Origin: Candidatus Krumholzibacteriota bacterium
Lineage (GTDB): Bacteria; Krumholzibacteriota; Krumholzibacteriia; JACNKJ01
Assembly (NCBI GenBank): GCA_016933175.1
Contig: JAFGBK010000081.1
Coordinates: forward strand, 3,640 to 67,639
DNA length: 64,000 bases
Direction: 5' to 3'
Numbering within the stretch: position 1 is the stretch's first letter; every line of letters starts with the position of its first letter. The position numbers and the translations under genes were made by a program. Under the pieces are notes generated by a model. It ran no database searches, had not been told where the DNA came from, and saw only the letters and a list, made by a program, of their open reading frames with translations. Below, piece by piece: positions 1 to 9,526 of this stretch.

Positions 1-1894
1 AGCGGCGTGCCACAGGATCGGCCTCCGCCGTCCGCGCGTCCACGGCGTCCAGGAGCCCGCCGACCTCCTCGAGGACGAGGATGTCATAGCCGCCGTCGTT
101 GAAGGACGAGAAGGCCAGGCGCTGCCCGTCGGGCGACAGGGCCGGGCTGATGATGCCGCCGGCCGGCGCGTAGACGCGGCGCGGCGCCGAATCCGGCGCG
201 GCGCGGTACCAGAGCTCGGCCAGCCCGCCGGCGTCGCTCGTGAAGAGCAGGTGGCCTCCGGCCAGGGGCAGGGGATGGCGGTCGTCGCCGGCGGTGGCGA
301 CCAGGGGTTCCGGACTTCCGCCCAGGCTCAGGCGCCAGAGGTCGTAGCCGTCGCCGGCGTCGAGGATCTCCGGATAGGTGCCGAACTCGTCCACCTCGAG
401 GAAGGTGGGGGCGAAGGCGCCGGGGTAGACGAAGCGGCCGGGCACCAGCTCGCGGTGCCGCGCGAAGACGAGGGTCTCGGCGTCCAGCCAGGCCGGGTCC
501 TGCTCGTCGGCCAGGTCCTCGGTGAGGCGCCGCCAGGTCTCCGCGGCGACCTCGAAGAGGTAGAGGTCCGTGACGCCGTTGGCCACGCCGCTGACGACCA
601 CGGCGCCGCCGTCGGGCGACCAGACGGGGCTGCGCATGGTGTCGAGGGCGGGGCGGTACCGCGCCAGCTCCGAGCCCTGCTCCGCGTCGATGATCATCAG
701 CTCGTCGCGTCCGCCCGAGAGCACGACGAGGGCGAGCTGCTTCCCGTCGGGCGAGAAGGAGGCGCCCGTGTCGAAGGGATGCAGGCTCTCGAGCTTCCCG
801 GAGCGGTGGCCCGTGACCAGCTTGCGCAGCACCTTGCCGTCCAGGGTGGAGGCCAGGTAGAGGTTCACCTCCCCCTCGTGGTCCGAGAAGTAGGCCAGGC
901 GCTCGCCGTCGGGCGAGAAGGCGGGGCTGTGGTAGAAGAGACGGCCGGTGTCCGCGTGGTCCAGGAGGGGAAAGGCCCGCTCCGAGGCGGCCGGGCGCCG
1001 GGCCAGCAGGCTCCAGGTGCGGGCCTTCAGGTCGCGCTGGAACTCCTCGTTCAGGGCCTCCAGGTCGAGTCCCGTGCGGCGCTTCAGGGTCCGCTCGAGG
1101 CCGCCGCGACCCGCCATGGCCTTGAACAGCTCGGGCAGGATGCCGTCGCCGAAGCGCCGGCTCAGGAAGGCCATGGCCGCCTGGCCCTCCTTGTAGACCA
1201 GGTAGCTGCCGAAGTCGCGGTCCAGGGGCTGGAGGTACTCGTTGGCCACCGCGTCCTCGATGTAGAGCTGGGCCTCGGCGTCCCAGCCCGTGGAGAACCA
1301 CTCGGCCCCGCCCTCCATGAACCAGAGGGGCGGCGACTGGAACTGGCCCATGCTGCTCATGGCGTGCTCGGGGCCGCTGCCCCCGAAGAGGATGTCCAGC
1401 TGGAAGACGTGGACCAGCTCGTGGGCGACCACGTGCCGGAAGTCGGGCACGGAGCCGTCGTAGGGCAGCACGACGCGGCTGCGATAGATGTCGGTGAAGC
1501 CCTCCGTGCCCTCGCCGATCAGGTCGGGGGTGACGTTGGTCTGCTGGAAGAAGGGATGGGCGCTGTAGAGCACGAGGGGGATGCGCTTGCGGGGGCGATG
1601 GGCCAGGCGCTCCACCAGTCGCTCGTAGACCTCCTCGGCCAGGAGGATGGCCTGGCTGGCGAGCACCTCCTCCTCGGGGTAGTAGTACAGGTCGAAGTGC
1701 GGGCTGTGGTAGACCTGCCAGTCGAAGGAGTCGTAGTGGACCTTGTTCTTGCCGAAGGCCCCGGCCGCCTGCGGCGCCAGGACCAGGATCGCCGCGGCCA
1801 GCAGCAGGGCGGCCCGCTGTGCGCGGCCCGGGCGCGTCCGCGCCGGCTCGCGGCTGACGGCGTTCCCCTCAGTACTCCCAGCGAAGTCGGACAT
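1..1894 (-). CDS. Secreted zinc metallopeptidase-like protein (HExxH, peptidase MA-like) fused to TolB/PD40 beta-propeller repeats. Partial: the C-terminus runs off the window start.
   Basis: My own translation of a minus-strand frame missing from the ORF track (no stop in window). ATG at 1894-1892 gives MSDFAGSTEGNAVSREPARTRPGRAQRAALLLAAAILVLAPQAAG (signal peptide), then VAHELVHVFQ (HExxH) and WFMEGGAEWF. Four or more repeats of the SPDG(E/K/Q)xLA(F/Y) TolB/PD40 type follow. Third-position GC is about 95%. The start overlaps the tamB stop by 26 nt. Confidence 0.6.
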   Translation of the reverse strand, partial: MSDFAGSTEGNAVSREPARTRPGRAQRAALLLAAAILVLAPQAAGAFGKNKVHYDSFDWQVYHSPHFDLYYYPEEEVLASQAILLAEEVYERLVERLAHRPRKRIPLVLYSAHPFFQQTNVTPDLIGEGTEGFTDIYRSRVVLPYDGSVPDFRHVVAHELVHVFQLDILFGGSGPEHAMSSMGQFQSPPLWFMEGGAEWFSTGWDAEAQLYIEDAVANEYLQPLDRDFGSYLVYKEGQAAMAFLSRRFGDGILPELFKAMAGRGGLERTLKRRTGLDLEALNEEFQRDLKARTWSLLARRPAASERAFPLLDHADTGRLFYHSPAFSPDGERLAYFSDHEGEVNLYLASTLDGKVLRKLVTGHRSGKLESLHPFDTGASFSPDGKQLALVVLSGGRDELMIIDAEQGSELARYRPALDTMRSPVWSPDGGAVVVSGVANGVTDLYLFEVAAETWRRLTEDLADEQDPAWLDAETLVFARHRELVPGRFVYPGAFAPTFLEVDEFGTYPEILDAGDGYDLWRLSLGGSPEPLVATAGDDRHPLPLAGGHLLFTSDAGGLAELWYRAAPDSAPRRVYAPAGGIISPALSPDGQRLAFSSFNDGGYDILVLEEVGGLLDAVDARTAEADPVARR

Positions 1895-4800
1895 CGAAGT
1901 TCACCTCGTTGAAGAGCCCCTCCTCGCCCAGCTGATTGCTGCGATTGATCATCTCCGAGCGCAGCCAGAGTCGATTGTAGAGCCGGTACTCCAGACCCAC
2001 CTCGTAGTCCGAATCGAGGCTGAGGCCCTGGTTGTAGCTGAGATAGAGCCCGCCAGGCAGGTAGCGGCCGATCTGCCAGCGGGTCTCCGTTCCGCCCTCC
2101 TCCTCAAGATTACGACTTTCCAGCTCGAAGTCCACCACACCGGCCAGCTCGCCGGCGACGATGCGCTCCAGGCGCGTCATCAGCTCGGACTCCACGCGGC
2201 CCCGGACCACCGTCGCGGCCACGTCGCCCCCGGCCTCGCGCTCCTCGCCGACGGGGAGCCCGACGAGGATGCGCAGCACGTCCTCCTTGCCGTAGCCGTG
2301 ATCGCTCACCACGTCCACCTGGGGCTCGGCGAAGGTGTTGGTGATGTGGATCTCGATGCGGTCGTCGCGGTTCCGCGTCTCGGCGAGGATGTCGATCTTC
2401 GGATTCAGGCCCTCGGCGCTGCTGAAATCCAGCCAGCCCTCGACCAGGTGGAACTTGTTGCCGAAGACGGTATAGCTGCCGCGCAGGGTCTGCAGCTCCC
2501 CCGAGACGGACGTCCCCGCGGGGCTGCGGGCCAGATTCAGCTCGCCCGACAGCTCCAGGTCGGCCTCCTCGTTGCGCAGGAAGACGCTGTTGTCGGCCCG
2601 GAGAGCCAGCGCGTAGCTCAGTCCGGGATCCACCGTGGCCCCCCCTCCACCCAGGCCGGTTCCGCCGAAGTCCATCTCCAGGACGCCGGAGTGGATGACG
2701 GCGTTACCCGAGAGGAAGGGATGCGGCGCCGCGCCCTCGGCCGTGTAGGTGCTGACATCCAGCGCGCCGCTCAGGACGCCGCGGAAGTAGGGCACGGTGC
2801 CCAGCGTGGCGGCGGCGAAGTCCATGTGCAGCCCGTAGCGGCGCGGCCGGCGCCAGCGGAGCCAGCCGTCGCCGGAGATCTCGCCGTCCTTGTTGCGCGA
2901 CCACCGGTGCCCCTCGCGGGCGTGGAAGGAGAGCAGGCGCAGTGTGTCCCCGTCCACGAGGCAGTCGGCGTTGAGGGCCTCGAGGCTCTCCTCCCAGCCG
3001 GCGAAGCGGAGCTGGCCGTCCCGCAGGCGCAGGTAGCCGCTCGGGGCCGGCGCATCCGGGCTGCCGCCCAGCCGGAGGTCGCCCTCCAGCGCGCCGCCGG
3101 CCTCCGCCAGCACGTCCACGAGGCCGAGGAGGTCCTCGCCCCGCCCGCTCAGGCGCAGATCGCCGCTCAGGGCGCCCTCGCCCGCCAGGCGCGGCCGCTC
3201 GCCGAGGCGCAGGACCAGGGGCAGCTGGAGCCAGCCGGCCACCCGGCTGGCGCCGCGCCGCAGGGCGAGGCGGGAGACGCGCAGGCGTCCCCCGGCCTGG
3301 GTGCCGGTCAGCTCGATGGAGTCGAAACGGCGCCCGGCGAGGCTGAAGGAGTCCACCCGCGCCTCGGCGCGAAGGACGGGATCGACGGGGCTGCCGTCCA
3401 GGGCCAGCTCGCCGCTGAGAAAGCCGGCCAGGCGCGGCCGCAGGCCGAGTGGGTCGCCCAAGCGCTCCAGCGGAAATTCCGCGGCCGCCAGGCGCAGCTC
3501 GTGGCGCAGGCCGTCCGGGGTGGTCCCGCCCAGGGCGGCCAATCCGTCCTGCGAATCCGGCAGGCCCCGCAGGATGCCGCGCAGGTCCAGCCGGCGACCG
3601 GCAGCGAGGTGCCACTGGAGGCTGTCGACGGCCAGGGAGTCGCCCCGCCACAGGAGGGAAAGGGCCAGAGTGCCCGCCGGCGCGTTCCCCAGGCGGGCGT
3701 CATCGAGGCGTGTCAGCAGGCGGTAGCCGCCGTCCTCGCGCTGCAGCGAGCCGGACAGGCGGCCGCCGGCGCCGAGGGAGGCCGGCAGCCAGGGAGTGAA
3801 CTGCCGCAGGTCCAGATCCCGCCAGGCCACCCGGTCCGGGGCTTCGCTGCCTCCCCAGGCGGCCTCCAGCCGGCCGCTGCTGGATACCCAGGCCACGGGG
3901 CTGAGGCGGAAGCCGGCACCCAGGGCCAGGCGCAAGGGGCGGTCGCTGAGCCACTCCTCGTCGCGCCAGCGCACCCACAGCCGATCCAGAGCGGCCAGGG
4001 GCGGGCTGCTGGCCAGGTCCACGCTGCCCGTGAGGGAAGCCTCCAGGTCCAGCGCGTCCAGGGAGACGTGGCGCAGGTCGAGGCGCTCGCCCGCCAGGGA
4101 AGCGTCCAGCCAGAGTCGGTCGAACCGCAGCCCCGCCCGCCGGAGGCTGTCTCCCTCCAGGTGGATGTCCAGGGGCCCGGCGGCCAGGGAGTCGGCGACC
4201 AGCTCCAGGCGGCCGGCGGCCAGGTCGGCGCCGAGGTACCGGACTTCCGCCAGCCGCGAATCGAGCCGGAAGCGGGGCCCGGCGAGGGGTCCGTCGAAGC
4301 TGGCGCGGAAGTCCAGGCGGCCGGTCAGGCAGGAGTCGCCGGCGAAGCGGCAGGCCAGCCGCGAGCTGCGGCTCGTCCCCTCGCCCACCAGATCCAGCCG
4401 GTAGGGATCCGTGAGCAGGCGGCCCGTCACGGACAGGTCCAGGCCCTCGTCCCAGAGTTCCAGGCGGCGGAAGGACAGGATGCCGCTCGCGAGGCAGAGA
4501 TCCCCGCTCAGCTCCTGGAAGGAGTAGTCGTCCAGGCTGCCGGGCCCCAGCTCGAGCAGGAAGCGCAGACCGCAGTCGTCGTGCCGCAGGCGGCACCAGC
4601 CATTGAGGTCCGTGCGCAGGCGGCCGCCGAGGAAGGTGGCCAGGTCGAAGGCCGTGAGCCGCGTCTCCCCGTCCATGCGGAAGGCGCGCCCCGACAGGGG
4701 CAGGGTGAAGTCGGCCGCACCGTCGACGCGGCTTCCGTTGACGAAGCCGGCGAGCCGCCGGCAGTGCAGCGTGCCGTCGCGGTAGAGCCCGGCCACGTCG

Positions 4801-5705
4801 ACACCGGACAGCGCGTAGCCGTAGAGCTCGCCGGAGACGACTCCCGCCAGCAGCAGGCTGTCGCCGGCCCCCTCCAGCTGGAGATCGCCTTCCAGCCAGC
4901 CGTCCGTCTCGATCCCCGCGCCCGCCAGGACGGCCAGCTCGCGAAGGACAAGGGGCCGGGCCGCGAGGTCCAGCTTCCACGCGAGCCCCCCGGCCAGATC
5001 CACGTGGCCCCGCAGGCGCAGGCGGGAGTCGGGCAGGCGCAGCCCGACGCCGGCCAGGGTCAGGCTCCCGTCGGCGGGCAGGAAGAAGCGCCCGGTCAGG
5101 TCGAGGGGCGGCACGCCCGCGCGATCGACGTACGCCCGCTCCAGGTCCAGGGCCGTGCCCGCCTCGTTGCGGAAGAGGCGGAAGCGCGCCTCGCTGACGC
5201 GCAGGGAGTCCAGGCCGCCTTCGCCCTCGCGGAGGACCTTCACGTCCCTCAGCAGGACCTGCTCCAGGTCGACGATGACGCCGCTGCGCCGGCCCGGCGA
5301 GGGATCGAAGCCGGGATAGGCCCAGCGCTCGGCCTCGATGGCGAAGGCCCGCAGCACGGCGTTTTCGAAGGTGAGCTGCTCGGCATGGAAGTCGCCCCGC
5401 ATCAGGCTCCAGGGATCGAAACGCACGCGCACGCGGTCGGCGGTCAGGAGATCGAAAGGCGGGCGCGCCCCGCCCTCGTAGCGCACGCGCATCCCGGACA
5501 GCTCCAGGTCGCGCCCGGGCAGGCCGTGGACGCTGGCCAGGGTCAGCGCGTAGCCGCGCTCGCGCAGGAGGTTGTGGGTCAGGTAGGTCGCCAGGCGCTC
5601 GGCCACGCGCTGGTTCTGCCAGCGCAGGAGCGCGATCCCGGCCAGGATCAGGCCCAGGAAGACGACCAGCGCGATGCGGGTCGATCTGCGCAGATGCCGG
5701 CCCAT
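1869..5705 (-). CDS. tamB: TamB/AsmA-family inner-membrane translocation and assembly module protein (DUF490 C-terminus)
   Basis: 1278-aa ORF with an N-terminal membrane anchor (ALVVFLGLILAGIALL) and a long beta-rich body. C-terminus ...GLFNEVNFDVRLRWEY is typical of TamB. It sits directly downstream of an Omp85 gene. Confidence 0.8.
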   Translation of the reverse strand: MGRHLRRSTRIALVVFLGLILAGIALLRWQNQRVAERLATYLTHNLLRERGYALTLASVHGLPGRDLELSGMRVRYEGGARPPFDLLTADRVRVRFDPWSLMRGDFHAEQLTFENAVLRAFAIEAERWAYPGFDPSPGRRSGVIVDLEQVLLRDVKVLREGEGGLDSLRVSEARFRLFRNEAGTALDLERAYVDRAGVPPLDLTGRFFLPADGSLTLAGVGLRLPDSRLRLRGHVDLAGGLAWKLDLAARPLVLRELAVLAGAGIETDGWLEGDLQLEGAGDSLLLAGVVSGELYGYALSGVDVAGLYRDGTLHCRRLAGFVNGSRVDGAADFTLPLSGRAFRMDGETRLTAFDLATFLGGRLRTDLNGWCRLRHDDCGLRFLLELGPGSLDDYSFQELSGDLCLASGILSFRRLELWDEGLDLSVTGRLLTDPYRLDLVGEGTSRSSRLACRFAGDSCLTGRLDFRASFDGPLAGPRFRLDSRLAEVRYLGADLAAGRLELVADSLAAGPLDIHLEGDSLRRAGLRFDRLWLDASLAGERLDLRHVSLDALDLEASLTGSVDLASSPPLAALDRLWVRWRDEEWLSDRPLRLALGAGFRLSPVAWVSSSGRLEAAWGGSEAPDRVAWRDLDLRQFTPWLPASLGAGGRLSGSLQREDGGYRLLTRLDDARLGNAPAGTLALSLLWRGDSLAVDSLQWHLAAGRRLDLRGILRGLPDSQDGLAALGGTTPDGLRHELRLAAAEFPLERLGDPLGLRPRLAGFLSGELALDGSPVDPVLRAEARVDSFSLAGRRFDSIELTGTQAGGRLRVSRLALRRGASRVAGWLQLPLVLRLGERPRLAGEGALSGDLRLSGRGEDLLGLVDVLAEAGGALEGDLRLGGSPDAPAPSGYLRLRDGQLRFAGWEESLEALNADCLVDGDTLRLLSFHAREGHRWSRNKDGEISGDGWLRWRRPRRYGLHMDFAAATLGTVPYFRGVLSGALDVSTYTAEGAAPHPFLSGNAVIHSGVLEMDFGGTGLGGGGATVDPGLSYALALRADNSVFLRNEEADLELSGELNLARSPAGTSVSGELQTLRGSYTVFGNKFHLVEGWLDFSSAEGLNPKIDILAETRNRDDRIEIHITNTFAEPQVDVVSDHGYGKEDVLRILVGLPVGEEREAGGDVAATVVRGRVESELMTRLERIVAGELAGVVDFELESRNLEEEGGTETRWQIGRYLPGGLYLSYNQGLSLDSDYEVGLEYRLYNRLWLRSEMINRSNQLGEEGLFNEVNFDVRLRWEY

Positions 5706-7827
5706 CAGAAGGCGTGCCCCAGGCTCAGGTGCCAGCGCCCCCTGCTATCCGCCAGGGCTTGGAGGGGGACGCCGTAGTCGACGCGGATGACGGTCAGGGG
5801 CGTCAGGTAGCGCAGCCCGGCGCCCACGCCGTAGAAGACGCGCCGCGTGTCGGTGCGGTCGCCGTGCTGCCAGGGGAAGGCGCGCTCGCCGCTGATGTCG
5901 CGCCAGTCGAGCCAGGTGCCGCCGCCGTCCACGAAGAACACGCCCCGCAGGTTTCGCGCGCCGAACACGCGCAGGGGAAAGCGGTACTCCAGGTTCCCCA
6001 CCAGCATGGCGCGGCCGCCCAGGGCGTAGGGCGGCAGGGTCTGGCCGGGCAGATCGGGTGCCTGCTGGCCGCTCTCCGGATCCAGGCGGGGACCCAGGCT
6101 GTTCTCGTCGTAGCCGCGCACGCTCGCGGCGCCGCCGCAGTAGAAACGCTCCTCGAAGGGGACGCCGTCGTCCGGCACGCCGGGCTTGGGGTCGACGGCG
6201 CTGGCGCCGTAGGCGCCCACGAAGCCGACGAAGATCCGGCTGGCCAGGACGCCCTCGCCGCTGCGGTGGTGGTGGGTGAGATTGCACTGCAGGCGGTGGA
6301 AGTCGTGGTCGCCGCCCTGGAGGCCGCCGGCCCACTCGTAGCTGAGCAGGCCCTGGCCGCCCCGCGCGGGGTGGAAGTAGTGGTCGCGCGTGTCGCGGTC
6401 GAGGATGAAGGTCAGCGACCGCGTCAGGTACTTCGGCTCCGGAATGGCCGCGTCGGCCGAGAGGGTGCGCTGGTAGAGGAAATCGAACTGCTCGCGCACC
6501 TTGAGCACCGTGCTGCGGCTCAGACGGCGGGCGGCACTGAGGCGGATGGCGCGCGTCTCCAGGCTCGTCAGGCGCGTCTCCTGCTCGTAGTCCTTCTCGC
6601 GGAACAGGGTCAGGCTCAGATGGGCGCGGAGGCGGACGACGTGCAGGAAGCGCCACTCGAGGGCCTCGCGTTCGTACTGAAGGCCGAAGTTGCCGTCGCG
6701 GTCGTTGCGCAGGGAGAGCTTGCCCTCCAGGGCCAGGCGCTGGCCCCGGTCGAGGAGGTTGCGGTGGCTCCAGCCGCCCAGGAGGCGCAGGCCGTCCACG
6801 GTGCCCACGCCGACGCCCATCTCGAAGGCGCGCATGCGGCGCTCGCGGAAGAGCCAGACCAGGCGCAGGTACTCCTCGCCCGGGGGCGCCCCCGCGCCGG
6901 GCATGGGCTCCAGGCGGTAGTCCACCGAGCGGAAGTAGCCGCTGTCGAGCAGGTTCTGCTGGCTCTCGCGGATCGCGGCCAGGCGCAGCGGCTCGCCGGC
7001 CCGCAGCACCAGCTCGCGGTGGATGAGCTCCTCGCGCAGGCCGTGGCCGCGCAGGACCACGGCGCCCAGACGCGCCGCGGGGCCGAGCTGCACCTGGAAG
7101 ACGAGGTCCAGGGAGTCCGTGGCGGCATGCGCTGGCGTCTCCCGGACCCGGCTGCGATGCCCCACCTGGGCCGAGAAGCGACCCTCCTCCTGCAGGGCGC
7201 GCAGGACGCGGTAGGCGGCCTGACCGGGCGACTCGGGATCGAAGGGATCGCCCGGCGCCAAGCCCAGGCGGCGGCGCAGCCGCCGCTCCATCTCGCCCAG
7301 CGGCGGCTCGAAGCCGATGCTGCGCAGGAAGCGCCGCTTGCCCTCCTCGACGCGGACGCGGATGCTGACGCTGTGACTGGCCGCGTCGTAGACCACGTCC
7401 TCCTCGCCCAGCGAGTAAACGCGGACATCGTAGAATCCGTGGCGATGGTAGTGGGCGGCGAGAGTGGCGAGGTCGCTGCGCAGCCAGTCGCGCAGGTAGC
7501 GTGGCCGGCCGAGGAACTGGAACAGGCGCGGCTCGCGGGTCCGCATGAGGGCCTTCAGGTCGCCGTCCGAGAAGCTCTCGTTGCCCTCGATGTCGATATG
7601 GGCTACGTAGGGCAGGGCCTCCTCGGTGTCGCCGCGGACCGGACCGGCGGCGACGAAGGCGAGCAGCACGGCCAGGAGCGCCCGTCGCCACCGGGACGCC
7701 GCCCGCGCCTCCCCGCTCGCGGCGGGCTCCGCCGGGCCGACGTGTCGCGCCGCGCGCGGCGACGCGACCGTGCTTGCCAGGCGCGGCGGTCGGCCGTAGA
7801 CTGGAATCCTGTCGGAGGAGCCTCGCA
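5705..7827 (-). CDS. bamA: Omp85-family outer-membrane protein (BamA/TamA-like) with POTRA domains and a beta-barrel
   Basis: POTRA-like stretches (ALPYVAHIDIEGNESFSDGDLKALMRTREPRLFQF...). Barrel C-terminus ends ...RWHLSLGHAF (terminal aromatic). Placed after rseP, as bamA is in E. coli. The track ORF extends to 7951, but the signal peptide (RWRRALLAVLLAFVAAGPVRG) lies about 88 aa in. The true start is internal; the ATG at 7827-7825 is my best guess and the start is uncertain. Confidence 0.75.
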
Positions 7828-8186
7828 TGTGGCGATTCAACACCATTCCCCTGCGCCGTGTCCCCGCTTTTCTGGGCGCCTGCCTGCTGCTGGCCGCCCT
7901 GACCGCCGGCTGCGCCCGCGAGGGCGACCCGCCCGCGGCGACGACGCTCACGCCCGAGGAAGACTATCTCGTCGAGCAGTACCTGCGCGTGGTGGAGGCC
8001 CGCTACGAGGCCCTCCTGGGCGACTCCCTGGCCGCCGGGCGCTTCCACTTCCTGGAGGAGGCGCTGCCCAGCGACTCGCTGCGCGCCATCGCCCGCCGCA
8101 TCTCCGCGGAAACTCCCCGCCGCTGGCCCCTGGTCTTCGAGGAGATCGTGCGCCGCAAGCAGATCCTCGAGGCGCAGCCCCGCTGA
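7827..8186 (+). CDS. Small lipoprotein, function unknown
   Basis: Lipobox LTAGC after a signal peptide. SD GGAGGAG lies 6 nt upstream of the ATG. Third-position GC is near 100% with diverse second positions. It diverges from bamA. Confidence 0.5.
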   Translation: MWRFNTIPLRRVPAFLGACLLLAALTAGCAREGDPPAATTLTPEEDYLVEQYLRVVEARYEALLGDSLAAGRFHFLEEALPSDSLRAIARRISAETPRRWPLVFEEIVRRKQILEAQPR

Positions 8187-8194
8187 GGACCGCC

Positions 8195-9517
8195 TCAGAA
8201 GACGAAGCGGTTCAGCTCCTGCACGACGATGAAGAGCATCAAGCCCACCAGGAGCAGCAGGCCCGCCATGGTCAAGCGCAGGCGCACGCCCTCGTTCACG
8301 GGCAGGCGCAGGCCCTCCAGGGCGAGGAAGACCACGTGCCCGCCGTCGAGGACCGGGATGGGGAGCAGGTTGAACAGGAAGAGCTGGGTGCTGAAGAAGG
8401 CGATGAAGATGAGCAGGCGGTCGATGCCCCAGCGGGCCATCTCGCCGGCCGTGCGGAAGATGGTGATGGGACCGCCCATGGTCTCTGCCCCGTAGCGCCC
8501 GGTGATCTTGCCGACCAGCCAGGCCACGGTGCCCTTGATGGTGATCCAGACCCAGCGCGCGCCGCCCGCGAAGGCGTCGCCCCAGCTCACCGGCCGCCAC
8601 TCCAGGTACTCCTCGAAGAAGATGCGCCCGATGCGGCGGGTCTGGCCCGGCTCCGCCGGGTCCGCCGCATCCGCCGCCTGGGGCGTGACCATGCCCTCCA
8701 GGCGGCGGCCCTCGTGCTCCCAGACGATGCGGACGGGCTCGCCGGCCTTCTCGTTGACGATGCCGGCGATGTCGTTGAAGAAGCGGACGGGCCGCCCGTC
8801 CACCGCCACGATGCGGTCCCCGCGCGCGAGGCCCAGGCGGTCGGCGGGGCCGCCCTTGAGCACCTTGCCCACGCGGTTGTCCAGCAGGCTCGCCAGCCCC
8901 GTGCGCAGGGTGCCCGCGGGCACGTCGAGCGTGAGGTCCAGGACCTCGCCCTCGCGCTCCACCACCAGCGGGTGACGGCCGCCGTCGGCGTCGATGATCA
9001 GGTCCAGCAACTCGTTCCAGTTGCTCGCCTCGCCGCCGGCGTAGGCGAGCACGCGGTCGCCGCGCGCGAGGCCCGCCGCCGCCGCGGGCGTGCCCGCGGC
9101 CGGTGCGTCCACCCAGGTGCCGGGGTAGATGGGCTCGCCGGTCGTGTAGATGACCCCCACGGCCACGAGGATGGCCAGGATCAGGTTGGCCAGGGGACCG
9201 GCGATGACCGCCGTCAGGCGGCGCCAGATGGGCTTGTTCCGGTAGAGCACCGAGGGCGGCAGCGTGTCCTCGCCCGGCGGCGTCTCGCCCTCCACGGGAA
9301 TCTCCATCCCCGCCATCTTCACGTAGCCGCCGAAGGGTAGCAGGCTGAGCGCCCACTCCGTGCCGGCGGCGCGCCAGCGCACCAGGACCGGGCCCATGCC
9401 GATGGAGAAGCGGTGCACGTGGATGCCCATGGCGCGTGCGGCCAGGAAGTGCCCCAGCTCATGGATGAAGATGAGCACGCCGATGGTGAAGAGGCCGGCC
9501 AGCATGATGATCAGCAT
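8195..9517 (-). CDS. rseP: RIP metalloprotease RseP (site-2 protease, M50) with PDZ domains
   Basis: HELGHF zinc motif in TM1. PDZ segments are present. C-terminal LDGGH motif. Confidence 0.9.
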   Translation of the reverse strand: MLIIMLAGLFTIGVLIFIHELGHFLAARAMGIHVHRFSIGMGPVLVRWRAAGTEWALSLLPFGGYVKMAGMEIPVEGETPPGEDTLPPSVLYRNKPIWRRLTAVIAGPLANLILAILVAVGVIYTTGEPIYPGTWVDAPAAGTPAAAAGLARGDRVLAYAGGEASNWNELLDLIIDADGGRHPLVVEREGEVLDLTLDVPAGTLRTGLASLLDNRVGKVLKGGPADRLGLARGDRIVAVDGRPVRFFNDIAGIVNEKAGEPVRIVWEHEGRRLEGMVTPQAADAADPAEPGQTRRIGRIFFEEYLEWRPVSWGDAFAGGARWVWITIKGTVAWLVGKITGRYGAETMGGPITIFRTAGEMARWGIDRLLIFIAFFSTQLFLFNLLPIPVLDGGHVVFLALEGLRLPVNEGVRLRLTMAGLLLLVGLMLFIVVQELNRFVF

Positions 9518-9526
9518 CGTCGCTCC

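Noticed and set aside
84-1912. Track ORFs 84..1301 (-) and 251..1912 (+), Arg/Gly/Ala/Pro-rich
   Set aside because: Low-complexity translations typical of wrong frames in 70% GC DNA. The genuinely coding frame here (HExxH/PD40 protein, third-position GC about 95%) is a third frame that the track omitted because it has no in-window stop.
1743-9356. Very long ORFs antisense to or out of frame with tamB, bamA and rseP (1743..5777 +, 5714..9340 +, 5745..9356 -)
   Set aside because: Compositionally junk (poly-Ala/Gly/Arg/Pro/Gln). Stop codons are rare in high-GC DNA, so long open frames carry no evidence. The overlapping genes have clear homology.
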